From assembly GCF_022045235.1 (NCBI RefSeq), contig NW_027266297.1, positions 10,292,001 through 10,356,000 on the forward strand: DNA of 64,000 nt, in the 5' to 3' direction. The translations under genes were made by a program, and so were the position numbers. The DNA is from Haliotis cracherodii. Its lineage: Eukaryota. The notes under the pieces were generated by a model, which saw nothing but the letters and a program-made list of their open reading frames with translations, was not told the DNA's origin and made no database searches. Shown here one piece after another: positions 1 through 12,499 of this stretch (positions are counted from its first letter, which is position 1; every line of letters begins with the position of its first letter).

Positions 1-215
1 GCGACCATGCTTGTCGTAAAATGCGACTAACGTGATCGGATGGTCAGACTCGCTGACTTGGTTGATGCATGTCATCGATCCCAATTGCGTGGGTCGATGC
101 TCATGATATCGATCACTGGATTGTCTGGTCCAGACTCTTTTATTTACAGACCGCCGTCATATAGCTGGAATATTGCTGAGTACGGCGTTAAACAACAAAC
201 CAACAACAACAACAT
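1..215 (+). mobile_element. Interspersed retroposon family R1 (SINE-like), 5'-truncated by the window edge
   Basis: Homologous to copies at about 2100, 32385, 33800, 52165 and 53185; ends ctggaatattgctgag..cggcgttaaacaacaaac. Confidence 0.75.
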
Positions 216-907
216 CAAGAAGAACGACAACATGGTGAAGGATTATTCTTAACCAACCTTAATGCCGTACGATCTTCATGTATTCAGATACATTCCGTTG
301 GACATTGATTAATCCCGTACTCAGCCATATTACAGCTACATGTATATCACTTTAGTCTGCAAATCTAGGCCCGAGAAAACACAGCTCACATTTGGTGACT
401 CAATTGGCAAGAGACTTGTTCCAAATATACCTCAGCTGACCCAGCATTGAAAAGGTACTCGGTAGGATGGGATTGCAGTCTTACTGTTAAACTTCCTAAA
501 GCCACACAAGGCAGCTTGTTGTGTGTACTCCCAAGGGAGCTGAGATTGAAACTTGAGTACACACTGATCCAAACACCGGGGTAATATCAATATAGCGCCA
601 TGCTTATTTACTTGGAGAATGAAATATGTCGCATTATAAAATATGCTTATTAATATTATATGATAGTTATCTATAAGTTAATTCGCATTCTCAATCATCG
701 TTTAAGTAACAATTATCAGAAACTGCTCCTTGGTGGAAATCAGCATCGTGCCGACCAAGATATAGCAATGCCGTACGTGTATGTCAGCAATACCAGTACT
801 AAGAGATGACTATCTCATCCTACCGTATAGTGAAAGTCACTTTCTGGTGTCTTCGTCGTGACATTGCTGGACTTGTTTTGAATGCTACGTGAATCTTAAT
901 CGCGCAT

Positions 908-1226
908 TGTAGAGAGGTTGTAATTTAGAACTGCTGTGAAACCTCGTTAGTCCTGAAACACCACCTCCCGAACGATCTTGTTACACTGTAGAGAGGTGGT
1001 AATTTAGAACTATAGTTGAACCTCGTTAGTCCTGAAACACCATCTCCCGAACTATCTTGTTTCAATGTAGAGAGGTTGTAATTTAGAACTGTTGGGAAAC
1101 CTTGTTAGTCCTGAAACACCACCTCCCGAACTATCTTGTTACACTGTAGAGAGGCTGTAATTTAGAACTATAGTTGAACCTTGTTAGTCCTGAAACACCA
1201 CCTCCGAACTGTCTTGTTGCACTGTA
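908..1226. repeat. 79-bp tandem repeat, 4 copies
   Basis: Unit tgtagagaggttgtaatttagaact...cttgttacac starts at 908, 987, 1066 and 1145. Confidence 0.9.
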
Positions 1227-2097
1227 CACCGCTTAGAGAAAAAGAATTCGGTTTCATTGTTGCCTATAAAAATGCTTACTCTATATCTATACTGTCTCCA
1301 ATTCGGGTGGCTAAATGTACGTCTACCTGGAAAGTGGAAATTCTGCGGTTCGATGCCCTGACCGTATCCAGCAAAAGACTTTCCAAGATGGCATTTGTTG
1401 TTACCCTGCCTGGCGCTCTGAATGAAGGAAATAATACGGCGAGAACCGTGGCGTTAAGCGATAAATGCTCTGCTTCAAATTAAATCGTTGTTCAACTCAG
1501 CGAAATATAATACAAACTCAAACATATTACGTTTTAGCTAATTCCCCGAAGCGTGTTTGCATTAAACTAAACTGCCAGACAAATCTGCCAGGCAAATCAC
1601 CCAATTTTGATGGCCCCGGCAGTTTTGGATAGCAGACAGCTCTCTGGCGCTTAAACATAACTGGATATTCAGAATATATTTTATCATATTTTGTAGAAAT
1701 ATGAAAGTATTCTATAGTTTATTTGTTTGTTTTGGAAAAAAACGAAATATTTTAATATAACCATACAAAAAGTATTGACATATATGTTTATATTAAAATT
1801 ATTTTTATCATATTATTAGTGTCAATTCTTAAGCCAGTATTTCAATCTAGTATGCTTATTAGGCTGATAGAAAATGCTCTAAATCAGTTATGCTTAGTAA
1901 AACTACGACGGACGCTTTGCCCGCGGGGTCATCTATCAGCTCTCATTCTTTTATTGACCCAACTTAACTCTTAATGCGCGTAATCATTCAGCTAATGACC
2001 AGTAATTACATGTTGATGAGATACCTCAAATGACCAGTCCTTTATTGCGTAAGGAAGGTGGGCCCGTACTTCCGACCGGAGGGCCCTTTATTCATGA

Positions 2098-2293
2098 ACT
2101 TGTGAAGATCCGGGTTATAATAGGTTTCACAATCCTATGCTTGTCGTAAAAGGCGATTATGTTTGTCGTAAGAGGCGACTGACGGGATCGGGTGGTCAGG
2201 CTCGCTGACTTGGTTGATACGTGTCATTTTATCCCAATTGCTTTGATCGATACTCATGATATCAATCACTGGATTGTCTGGTCCAGACTCTTC
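2098..2293 (+). mobile_element. R1 SINE-like copy, 3'-truncated
   Basis: gtgaagatccggg...gtcgtaagaggcgact...ggattgtctggtccagactc matches the other R1 copies. Confidence 0.75.
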
Positions 2294-3189
2294 TTCATCC
2301 TCGAATCATGTTTATCTCAATTCTGATATATGCCCTTGTTCCAGGTGCTACCATAACTTCCTTTTGAGTCGTCCAATCAAATTGCAATATGGGATCCGAC
2401 ATGATGAAAGAAGACAGCGCACGAGAGTTAAATAACTTAAAAATTAAAACGAAAAACAGATTTACATATTTGATAGCCATCACTCTAGAACCTCGCAAGT
2501 ATATGTCTTACATTTAGGGGGTTTATTTTTTGCATGTTCCTTAATCCTAGAATGTTAGAATTTTAAATAATGGAGCCCGTTCATTATTCGTAACTCCTAC
2601 ACGGTAGAATAAAGTATCTCTGCTTTGGGTTGAGTCTATTCATTTTTAAAGAATCACTAGTATCTGGCAACCCAAACCCCAGTTTTTTAATCAAAGTTTC
2701 AATTTCATAATGAAAGTCAATTAATTAAAGGTGTGTGAAATCACAGTTACATACTAGTAAGTACATGATAGAGACTTCTGTGTGCATTTAAAGAAGGAGT
2801 ATGTTGGGCTAATTCACAGACCTTGCAAATTGAATTCACGTCTGTCAAGCACTACTTTGGTTGTCGGCAAAGTACGATGTCATGACATATATCAGTTTAA
2901 CAGTTAATGACAACCTAACAAACACGAAAAAGTGTATTACTGCACTAAATTTAAAGTCTAGACCTAGAATAGAAATGAACTGCAAATCGTGGAGCATCGA
3001 CTCTCTTTAATGAATCAAAAGCTGGATCGTTGAGATGCATATCTGTAAACTTCATTCCTTGATCCATTGGGCTCTTGTTACAAAACGTGGTGACCACAGA
3101 TACAGTTACGTATCTGTATTCAGAGGTTCACGACAATTTGTCATGAATGATAGCAAATGCCATCTGACTTTTACAGAGAAAACAATAAA

Positions 3190-3675
3190 TACTTGAAATC
3201 TGGACTTCCTCATCGATAAGGGGCGGTCGGGTAGCCTAGTGGTTAAAGCGTTCGCTCGTCACGCCGAAGACCCGTGTTCGATTGCCCACATGGGTACAAT
3301 GTGTGAAGCCTATTTCTGGTGTCCCTCGCCGTGATATTACTGGAATATTGCTAAAAGCGGCGTAAAACCATACTCATTCGCTCACTCCTCATCGATAACA
3401 TCAATGGAAAAGTTGGGGGTAAGACATTTAGGTAAAACGTAGGCATCCACATGGGCACCAATTGTGTTCCCCTTCTTGTGGATCTGTTTCTTTGTGCATA
3501 TGAATCGGAATTTCTGCTCGGATTGGCAAAGTCAAAACAATGTAATTTGGCCAAGAATTTAAACTGATATCGTTCACTAACCATCAAGTAACCAGTTTCT
3601 TCCACTGATTTACTCCCACTGAACTGAAAATAAAGGAGACCAGTGAGACGGCCTCATCAGTTTCAAATTTAGATC
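3190..3675 (+). mobile_element. Decayed Penelope-like (Neptune-type) reverse transcriptase fragment, interrupted by the R2 SINE
   Basis: Reads LDFLIDNI..GIHMGTNCVPLLVDLFLCAYESEF..ELKIKETSETASS (cf. PLE motif GIPMGTNCAPLLADLFL), with stops. Confidence 0.7.
3220..3385 (+). mobile_element. tRNA-derived SINE (family R2) with 13-bp target-site duplication (TSD)
   Basis: A-box tagcctagtgg, B-box gttcgattgcc, actc-type tail; TSD tcctcatcgataa at 3207-3219 and 3386-3398. Confidence 0.88.
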
Positions 3676-3676
3676 T

Positions 3677-3975
3677 TAGTTTATGAGTGAGTGAGTTAAT
3701 GAGTTTATGAGTGAGGTTATGGGTGAGTTTTTGAGTGATGTTATGAGTGCGTGAGTGAGTGAGTGAGTGAGCGTGCTGTTAACAGTACCCCAGTTATAGC
3801 AAGGCGTGTCAGCTATATGTGGGAGGAAAATCTGAATCCACGAGCACGGATATGGTGCTGACAAACCTAGAAACATAACTGGGGCGAACACCGGGATTCC
3901 AACCCACAATCATATGTTTCTGGGACGCAACTCTGCACAGCTAATTGTAGTGCCCTGACGACTGGTACCCTGTAC
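3677..3975 (-). mobile_element. tRNA-derived SINE family R3, degenerate, with expanded (ACTC)n tail
   Basis: Reverse complement matches the 46075 copy (gctgtgcagagttgcgtccc, gggttggaatcccgg). Confidence 0.65.
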
Positions 3976-5435
3976 TTTATGTTTGTTTAGGCGTTCCCAT
4001 TCATGTTGACTTACGAAGTAGCTATGCTTCACGGTTTCAATGTCTGTCATATATTTGAGTAAAGTATTATGATATGAAGCAAAAGTATTCGAGCATATAC
4101 CGCCCCATACTTTGTTTAAAGATTTAAAGACTGTTATCTGTATGTCCTTCATTCAGACAAAAACAACACTCTAAACTTTGGATTCCACTAATGCCACATC
4201 ACTCTATATTTTGGCTGAAGAGTTGACGTCTAATTCTAACATGGTAGAATGCAACTGTGCTTTCAATGGACGAAGTTACCTGTATATTTAACCGCGCTTA
4301 ATTTAACATTGGAAACCTCACGCTGCGCGCATGGTTCCAAGTTCAATTTAGCGCTTGGAAAAACGGTATTTTTATCTCCAATGTTTTTAATTTGACATCT
4401 TGTGCATTCCAGTACAACTGGAATGCGAGATTGGTGTCGTATCTTTTTGTCTTGATAATACTCATATTTGACATCACACTTTTTATGTTACAGACATAAG
4501 AATAAAGTAGTTGATATTCACAACATGCGTCAGGTCCTCAGGTATTTATTATAATGCGATTTTTTTTTCTATTCTGGCTCTTTGTTAACACTTTCCTCCA
4601 TTCTTAAACAAATCGAGGCTTAACTTATTTTCATTTGAAGTTCAACAGTTGTATATGAAAATAATTGAACCTCATCAGAAATTAATTAAATGAATAAAAT
4701 CTTAATATTACGCTATAAATTATTACGTTATTTTTTTAGAATAAAAAGATATATGCATCATTGTCTGACCCCGTTGTTGCCTACCTTAACATTGGACCAC
4801 TTTTCTTCAAGATGTATTTTGCACAAAAATGCATGGTATGTGTAGTATGTGTGTGTGCGTGTGCGTGTGCGGGTGTGTGTGACGGAAGTAATACAATTTT
4901 TATCATATTATGTCCTTCTTTAAATCAGACCAATCAGAATCAAGACTTCTTCAGTGTCATGGTAGAAATTCCTTTGTGACAAAAGACATTTAGTTCTTTC
5001 TTCGTCTTGAAACCCTTGTAAGTTTCAGAGTAACCCAGTCTTGTCTGGTTATGACAAAGACGTTGTTATATATACATACTACACGTGTAATCAGTCGTGA
5101 GTCGTGAGTTACTATTTTTGTCGGTGTATTCTCACACAACACCGGATCGAGAGGCATGTGTGGTGATTACGTTATTCGAAAGTCTACCAGAGCTATGATT
5201 CAGTGAGTTTACATCAGGGATGGTCTGTAAATGGAAGCCCATAGTACACTCTGCACAATGATATGGAACCTCCTATACTTCAAAAACCCACGTGCCCCTT
5301 ATCAAAGCTATGATCCAACACACATTCTTTCGATTTGAGGCACCGTTTAGTCTATCAAAGTTGTGATGTCTACCAGTTTGCGCATCAATGCTGTTTTGAG
5401 ATAAGAAATATGTAACACGTGTTGTTTTCGTAGTT

Positions 5436-5441
5436 TTTATT
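5436..5441 (-). terminator. Putative polyadenylation signal of A1
   Basis: AATAAA about 200 nt downstream of the stop; the same context is retained downstream of A2, A3 and A4. Confidence 0.55.
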
Positions 5442-5640
5442 TGTAAAATAAATACTCCCTGCGCTTTAGTAATACCCTGGTAGATAATGACTGATGATGA
5501 ACAGAACATGCAATGATATGAATACAACCGATGTAGTTATGTCACATGAGATGAACATATGATAAATTATATTGTTATTTAACTAAATTGACATTTCACA
5601 ACAGACACACCGGTTGCAGCTTTCAAATAACTCTTTCTGT

Positions 5641-7873
5641 TTATGGAGGTGTTGGTGTGACAGCATCCATGTTGTCGAATCCCAACTTGCAGCAGGCCAG
5701 AATAGGCTCCACACACACTTGACGTCCATCAGTGCCAGTGGTCAAGGATGTACACAGCTGGAAACAGCAGTAAGCTAATATCATTCATTTGTCTCAGAGA
5801 GTTTAAGGACACCGGTTCAAGTCTTTCGGACCTTATCCTATGTCCTTGTCCTTTTTAAAAAATAAGATAAGTACGACTGATTCACACATTGATCATTCTT
5901 CGTATTTCTCCACTTTTCCAATTTCCGTGATACGCGGTCAGTCAGTTTGATTTCGATGAACACAATACCAGCCATGTTGGTCTCATAAGACTATGAAACG
6001 ACATTATATATGATTTAAACAAACTACTTACAGCCATTCCACGTCCTCCGTATCTCTCGAGCTGTCTGAATGGTAGGTTGGCAGAGCCCAAGTCAACGAT
6101 AGTCTCCTGGTTGGTGGTGAGGGTGACAGAGGTGACAACTCCGGGGGTGGTGGTCGTTCCAGTGCCCCATGACTGACCCCATCCTTGTCCCCACTGCTGT
6201 CCCCATGGCTGACCCCACTGTTGACGAAGACCTTGACCCCACTGTTGGCCCCAAACGTTGCTACAGAAGAGACATAGTTTGATATTTAAGATGCATTTGA
6301 CAAGTGCTCTGTTTGAGTCATGATAAAAAGTATTTTACTGTGAAAAATGTAAAGATTCTTTAATCATATTCTGGGGAGACTCATGACGGGCAAACAATGA
6401 CATACAAATCACTTTCCTAGTATGGCTTTAACTTCCCAAACCCCTTCCAAGGGACCCAAAGGACAAATGACCCGCCCTTACCTTCCAAGGACAGGCCCGA
6501 GTCCATCAGCAGTACATCCTGCCTCCACGCGAGATCTCTCAGTGATAACAAGGTTGTAAGTTCCTGACGCGGTTGTGGTCCTCAGAACGGCTGATCCAGA
6601 CAAACCATTACGAGACTGACCAAACTATAATGAAAAATAATAAAACTCAGTTTAGTTCAAAACACACTACACGAGTGTAGTCACAATGGAGTAGCTGTTG
6701 CCATGCAAAATAAAGTACTTGGAATTAACCACAAATTACAAACCTTATCAAAACGTTTCCAGGCTGAAAACAGTGACCGATACACCGAATTTGAGGTCCA
6801 ACTGTGGTATCCATATCAAATATATCCCCGTCTAATAACCATTTCTTAATTTGTTACACCATCAATTAGCCTCCATCAAACATGGGTGTATAACTTCTTT
6901 TACCCGGCACTGTATTTACTTTAAGAATTATCTGACAACCCCAACCAATTCATTCAATAAATAAAACTACTTACACCCCATCCTCCCAAAGTTGGCTGCA
7001 TCCTCTTCAGGGTCAGTGACATCGCAAAACCTGTTGCTGTTCCAGTGCATGTGATGGTAGTATCTGGGGGGAATGTAAATACAGTTGAACACTTTGTATC
7101 AAGAAACATACACATACACATACAAGTAGTTAGTAAATGTGCGAGCTTCTTACGGATCGACCGTTTACTATTCTCAGATTTGGCTGAGGATTTTATTTTT
7201 GATCACCGTTTCAACACAAACATTTTTACTCTGAAAGGAGGCAAACATATGGGGTGTGATTTACCAAAAAACGTACATTTTCAAGACATCCAGCATGTAA
7301 GTTTACAAAGTATATAAAGGGATACAACATTTATTGGGGGCATAAACCCCGAGGATTACTTTTCAAGTATTTCTTTATTGTTTAACAACACTTGCGGTTG
7401 AGTGTTCGATTTCCATAGAGCGAATTCACCTTAACCTAGTTGTACAGTGGTTATATTATCTATAAATACTTACTCAGGTAAGGGTTGACAAAGTTCTGGC
7501 CCCATCCTGCTCCTACTTGACCCCAACCCGAGCTGCCAATCCCAAGTCTTTGGGTACCAAATCCAAGGCCGCCGGTACCAAATCCAATCGCAGCAGAGCC
7601 AAGTCCAGCTTGGCCTAAAGATGCTCCTGCCTGACCCAAACCAAGTCCTGCATTACCTTGACCAAGTCCGGCTTGACCCCAAGAAGCCCCTGCCTGTCCC
7701 AAACCAAGTCCTGCATTACCTTGACCAAGTCCGGCTTGACCCCAAGAAGCCCCTGCTTGTCCCAAACCAAGTCCTGCATTACCTTGACCAAGTCCGGCGT
7801 TACTCTGACCCCAACCTTGACCCAAAGTCAGGTGAGCTATGACAGATAGAAGAGCTACTGCGAGGAAAGCCAT
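5641..7873 (-). CDS. Gene A1: secreted Gly/Gln/Trp-rich protein with C-terminal metal-ligand-free Cu/Zn-SOD-like domain (325 aa, 5 exons)
   Basis: Exons 7873-7474, 7063-6975, 6624-6482, 6260-6032, 5757-5641. All introns GT-AG, phases 1-0-2-0, open frame to TAA. Signal peptide MAFLAVALLSVIAHLTLG; 3 x 21-aa repeat GLGQGNAGLGLGQAGASWGQA; C-domain NTTITC...GTYNLVITERSRVEAGCTADGLGPV...YGGRGMALCTSLTTGTDGRQVCVEPILACCKLGFDNMDAVTPTPP. The SOD-fold call is a by-eye alignment. Confidence 0.92.
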
Positions 7874-7928
7874 GGCAGATTTGTACTCGAGAAGAACCTG
7901 AGATAATGCTGGTATCTATCTGACCGGG

Positions 7929-8035
7929 TTTATATACACCACAGGTATAATAAGCTGGTAATTAATCACGTCACAGACATTTTAAGAGGGGATCAATCGG
8001 AAGTCCTATCCCATGTACCTTATGTAATTAAGGAC
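7929..8035 (-). promoter_or_regulatory. A1 core promoter: TATA box plus conserved upstream block
   Basis: TATATAAA on the minus strand at 7929-7936, about 56 bp upstream of the ATG. The block aatcggaagtcctatcccatgtacct-atgtaattaagg is conserved in all five A copies. Confidence 0.7.
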
Positions 8036-9159
8036 TGGCTTTGAGAGATATACAGCTTTCCATGATAAATTAAGAATGATGCATTCATTGATATCCAGCT
8101 CTTTCACCCCAAACATTTCACTCACGACGTTTCTTCAAGTTATGAAAGTTTGTGATCCTTATATATAATACGTTTTTCACTCATATACAATTTAATCAGA
8201 TTTCTGCGCTCACTATATCGAGAGTATGTTGTTTCCTTATGTAACAAAACTGTTATTAGAAACTAAGTCTGTAATCATTCTTCCCTTCATGGTAATATGA
8301 TTATAATATACCTGCATACATTCTACAATATTTAACGTTCTCAGCGTTCAAATGCCATGCACAAATGTTCTGGAATTTTATAAGCGAGTCTTTCGGTCGT
8401 CGGTTCATAATTATATTATTTCTCCGAAATGAAGAAATTATCAATCCAGGATCAAAGCTGAGGCAAACAACTTTTCTAAGTATTTTCTGCAACAAATTAC
8501 TTTTTTAAACATCCCTAATTCTATTGTTTGGAATGAGAAGTACAAATGGTTAATAATAAGACCACGCTTCTAACCCCAATGAAACACTAAGGGGAATGTA
8601 GTTATACCATGAAGCCTGAAGTTCATTATAATGCAATCAAGGTAAGGTATGGCCCCTATGTACCAGTGTGTCAAGGTTTATCTCAGTATATGACAAGCTA
8701 TTTCACAACAGGAAACAGAGAATGGTCATCCAAAATTTAGCATATGAACAACCCAGTTTTTTTATTCACTTACGTGAAGGGTAGGCAGGGTAAATGCATA
8801 CCCATTTTCGAACACATGGCAGGCATTTCGGTGAAAAGACAATACGCTCTTACTGTGAAGGTCACAAGACCGCATAGTAAATGGCTTAGTTGTCTCTAAT
8901 ACAGGCGCTGAAGATGAAATATCCAATAACCCATGACAATGTAAACTATTCATATTCAGTTTGAACATGACGTGACGCTCAACCCTCATTTCTGTTTAAC
9001 AATATTTATGATATATTTAACAACAGAAATCTTGAAATATTTTCACAAAATAACACATCGTCCAAACACAACAATGTACTGAGGAGAAAGTGATACACGT
9101 CAACGGCACGTATTTTTGTAGTCAATACGAAAAAGTGATAAAACACGTGCCGCGTTAGC

Positions 9160-10240
9160 AGCCGAAACCTCGCGTGCAATAAGGGCATATACATTATACG
9201 GTCAGCATATCGGACACTCGCACTGATAAAAAACCGCCACAGACTGCCATGACTGATACTCGAACAACGCGAACGAGCCCTGGGTATGATACAGATGGGA
9301 GCCACCCATGCCCACATTGCTGGAACTTTTGGATGCTCCCGCGTTGTTAACACAACCTGATGTTACGTTACTGACATACCGGGCAGACATCAGACATGCC
9401 AAGAACTACGCCCTATAAATACCGGTACTTGCATTGCGGACTTTGCATCTCCGGAATCGATTCTTGAAAATGACTTCATCAGTGACGAATGCCTTATTGA
9501 ATATGGTAGGTCAACAGACTCAAGGTTCTGGAGGTTGGGGGGGTGGGGGGTGGGGTGATTTGTTGGCAGGAGAGAATACCATGGTCATAGTCAACAACAT
9601 TTTGACAACTCATCGTGACATAGATGATATTCTTCATCCGACTGTTCTACCATATCTAAAACAGCCGTCATGTTGTGTCCTATATAAGCATGCCAACCCC
9701 ATACACCCCGAATCGTACGGAACTTCCTTGAAGCCAACAACGTCAACGTGTTACCGTGGCATGCACGCTCCCAAGACATGACCCCCACAAAACACCTCTT
9801 CGATGTCATGGATCGTCATGTTCGACAGAGAGCTCATCTTCCAGCCAACCAACATGAACTGATCCACAGTTAGGGAAATAGCAAAGAAGGGAAATAATTG
9901 TGGTCTGAAGCCCTCTCCATGAAGAATAGCAGGGTAGCCCCCATGACGTCATCAGGCGACTGACTTGTCTGTGCGCCGGAGTGTTTTTGCGTGTCTCCAA
10001 GCAAGGTTTGGTCATACACGCTATTTATGTGACGTTTCATTGAACTTGAGCGATTTTAGATATGTGTGTGCTCTTTGTCCATCACGTTGAAAGTGTGTCT
10101 TTGCTACCCCACTTCAATTCGGGCAACTGCCATGCCAATATCGGGTACTGTATGCCTGTCTTTTTAAATGTTGATATCGTTGAGATTTTGATCTTTTCAA
10201 TAATTTTACCTGTGGACTTTTTGTAGTTTTTAAACTAGTG
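9160..10240 (+). mobile_element. Decayed Tc1-like DNA transposon (transposase pseudogene)
   Basis: Frameshifted pieces EQRERALGMIQMGATHAHIAGTFGCSR, LRTLHLRNRF, ILHPTVLPYL and LPWHARSQDMTPTKHLFD (cf. WPARSPDLNPIEHLW). Boundaries approximate. Confidence 0.75.
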
Positions 10241-10281
10241 TGATTTATAACCGTGATATTGTTTCATTTGGCATCAGTTTA

Positions 10282-11684
10282 TTATCCCCCGCCATGAAGT
10301 GGAGGGGGATATATGGATGGGTGCCGTCCGTCCTTCCGTCCGTCTGTCCGTCCGTCACAATTCGTTTCCGGAGCAGATCATATTTCTTCACCAAACTTGG
10401 CACATAGATAGATCTAGTGGTGAACTGGTGCCGTTTGATAGTTTGGGATTTTAAAAAAAGTTATTTTTTGAGTTTCCATGGCAACGACTTTGATTTAGAC
10501 TAAAAATGGCAGTAGTCCTCGTTTCCGGAGCAGATCTTGAAAACCGTACCATATTTCTTCAACATACTTGGCACATAGATAGATCTAGTGGTGAACTGGT
10601 GCCTTTTGATAGTTTGGGATTTTAAAAAAAGTTATTTTTCGAGTGTCCAAGGCAACGACTTTATATCTAGACTGAAAATGGCAGTAGTCCTCGTTTCCGG
10701 AGCAGATCTTGAAAACCGTACCATATTTCTTCACCATACTTGGCACATAGATAGGTCTAGTGGTGAACTGGTGCCTTCTGATAGTTTGGGATTTTAAAAA
10801 AAGTTATTTTTCGAGTTTCCATGGCAACAGCTTTGATGTAGACTGAAGATGGCGGTAGTCCTCGTTTCCGGAACAGATCTTGAAAACCGTACCATATTTC
10901 TTCACCATACTTGGCAAATAGATAGGTCTAGTGGTGAACTGATGCCTTTTGATAGTTTGGGATTTTTAAAAAAATACAATTTTCGAGTTTCCATGGCAAC
11001 GACTTTGATTTAGACTGAAAATGGCAGTAGTCCTCGTTTCCGGAGCAGATCTTAAAAACCGTACCATATTTCTTCACCAAACTTGGCAAATAGATAGGTC
11101 TAGTGGTGAACTGGTGCCTTTTGATAGTTTGGGATTTTAAAAAAAGTTATTTTTCGAGTGTCCAAGGCAACGACTTTGATTTAGACTGAAAATGGCAGTA
11201 GTCCTCGTTTCCGGAGCAGATCTTGAAAACCGTACCATATTTCTTCGTCATACTTGTCACATAGATAGATCTGGTGGTGAACTGGTGCCTTTTGATAGTT
11301 TGGGATTTTTAAAAAAGTTATTTTTTGAGTGTCCATGGCAACGACTTTGATCTAGACTGAAAATGGCGGTAGTCCTCGTTTCCGGAGCAGATCTTGAAAA
11401 CCGTACCATATTTCTTCGCCATACTTGGCACATAGATAGGTCTAGTGGTGAACTGGTGCCTTTTGATAGTTTGGGATTTTAAAAAAAGTTATTTTTCGAG
11501 TTTCCTTGGCAACAGCTTTGATTTAGACTGACAATGGCGGTAGTCCTCGTTTCCGGAGCAGATCTTGAAAAACGTAGTATATTTCTTTACAAAAAGGCCC
11601 CATGAACATAGTTCACAGGAGCTAATGCATTGCACACACCCGACATGTCATATTGGCGGGGGATGTGAGTATTTCATGCTTGTT
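10282..11684 (+). mobile_element. Non-autonomous Helentron-type (HINE/pearl-like) element with an internal 171-bp tandem array (about 7 copies)
   Basis: Subterminal inverted repeat atcccccgcca / tggcgggggat, 5' (CCGT)n microsatellite, units recurring at 10521, 10693, 10864, 11036, 11207, 11378 and 11549, short 3' hairpin. Confidence 0.75.
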
Positions 11685-12499
11685 AAGGGTTGTTTCCGAG
11701 CTAATTCTTGCTCATGAGTGAGTGAGTGACGCCGCTTTGAGCAATATTCCAGCAATATCACGGCAGGGGACACCAGATTGCTCCAGCATGAGGTGAATTA
11801 TTACATGTAGAGTTTTCTACAGTCAGGTTAATATTTACATCGGATTAACGTACAAATATAAGATAATAGTTTTATCGAGACGTGGGAGGCGTGGTGAAAG
11901 CAGAGTGTTTGAAGTGGATGTGGTGCCAATTTGTCAATTTGTCTGTGATAATTATTCTCATTCAACCATTGACCACAATATTATGCTGGGTTGTAGATTG
12001 GGGTATTCCCACGAAGTAGAACTTTGGATTTTGGTTATGAAATGTGTTCTCTCAGGAACCGAAAAGGGATATTTTATTGAGTTGAGTTTCACTCAGAACT
12101 ATGTTCAATCAAATTTGATTGATTCACGACATGATTACCTAAGCTGTGAGGTCAATTGAAAATGACATGAAAAGCATAAATACTATCACAATGCTGGTGT
12201 ACAGTATCATTTTCATTATGGCAAATGCACTGTTGGACTACACGTTCATTCCTGGGAATGGTTCGTTCCATTCTCTGTTAATGTCTTGCTGGAATATTGC
12301 GAAATCCGGCAAAAAAGCACATTCACTACCCATTCTTACTTATCGGCTTGTTTCTTTGAATCTATGGTTTGTTGCGATCTCTAATCTCAGTAAACCCGTG
12401 GAGATCCGAGTGGAGCGTTAAACAACAAACAAACACACCCTGATCAATCATTTTTTCGCAGAAAGAGCATACTGTAATTTAATAATAAATATAATATAA

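Noticed and set aside
3220-3295. tRNA genes at the SINE heads (also 46075, 53883)
   Set aside because: They continue into SINE bodies with tails and TSDs and lack a proper cloverleaf.
6032-6260. WG/GW repeats as Argonaute-binding hooks
   Set aside because: The proteins have signal peptides and a disulfide-type Cys pattern, so they are extracellular.
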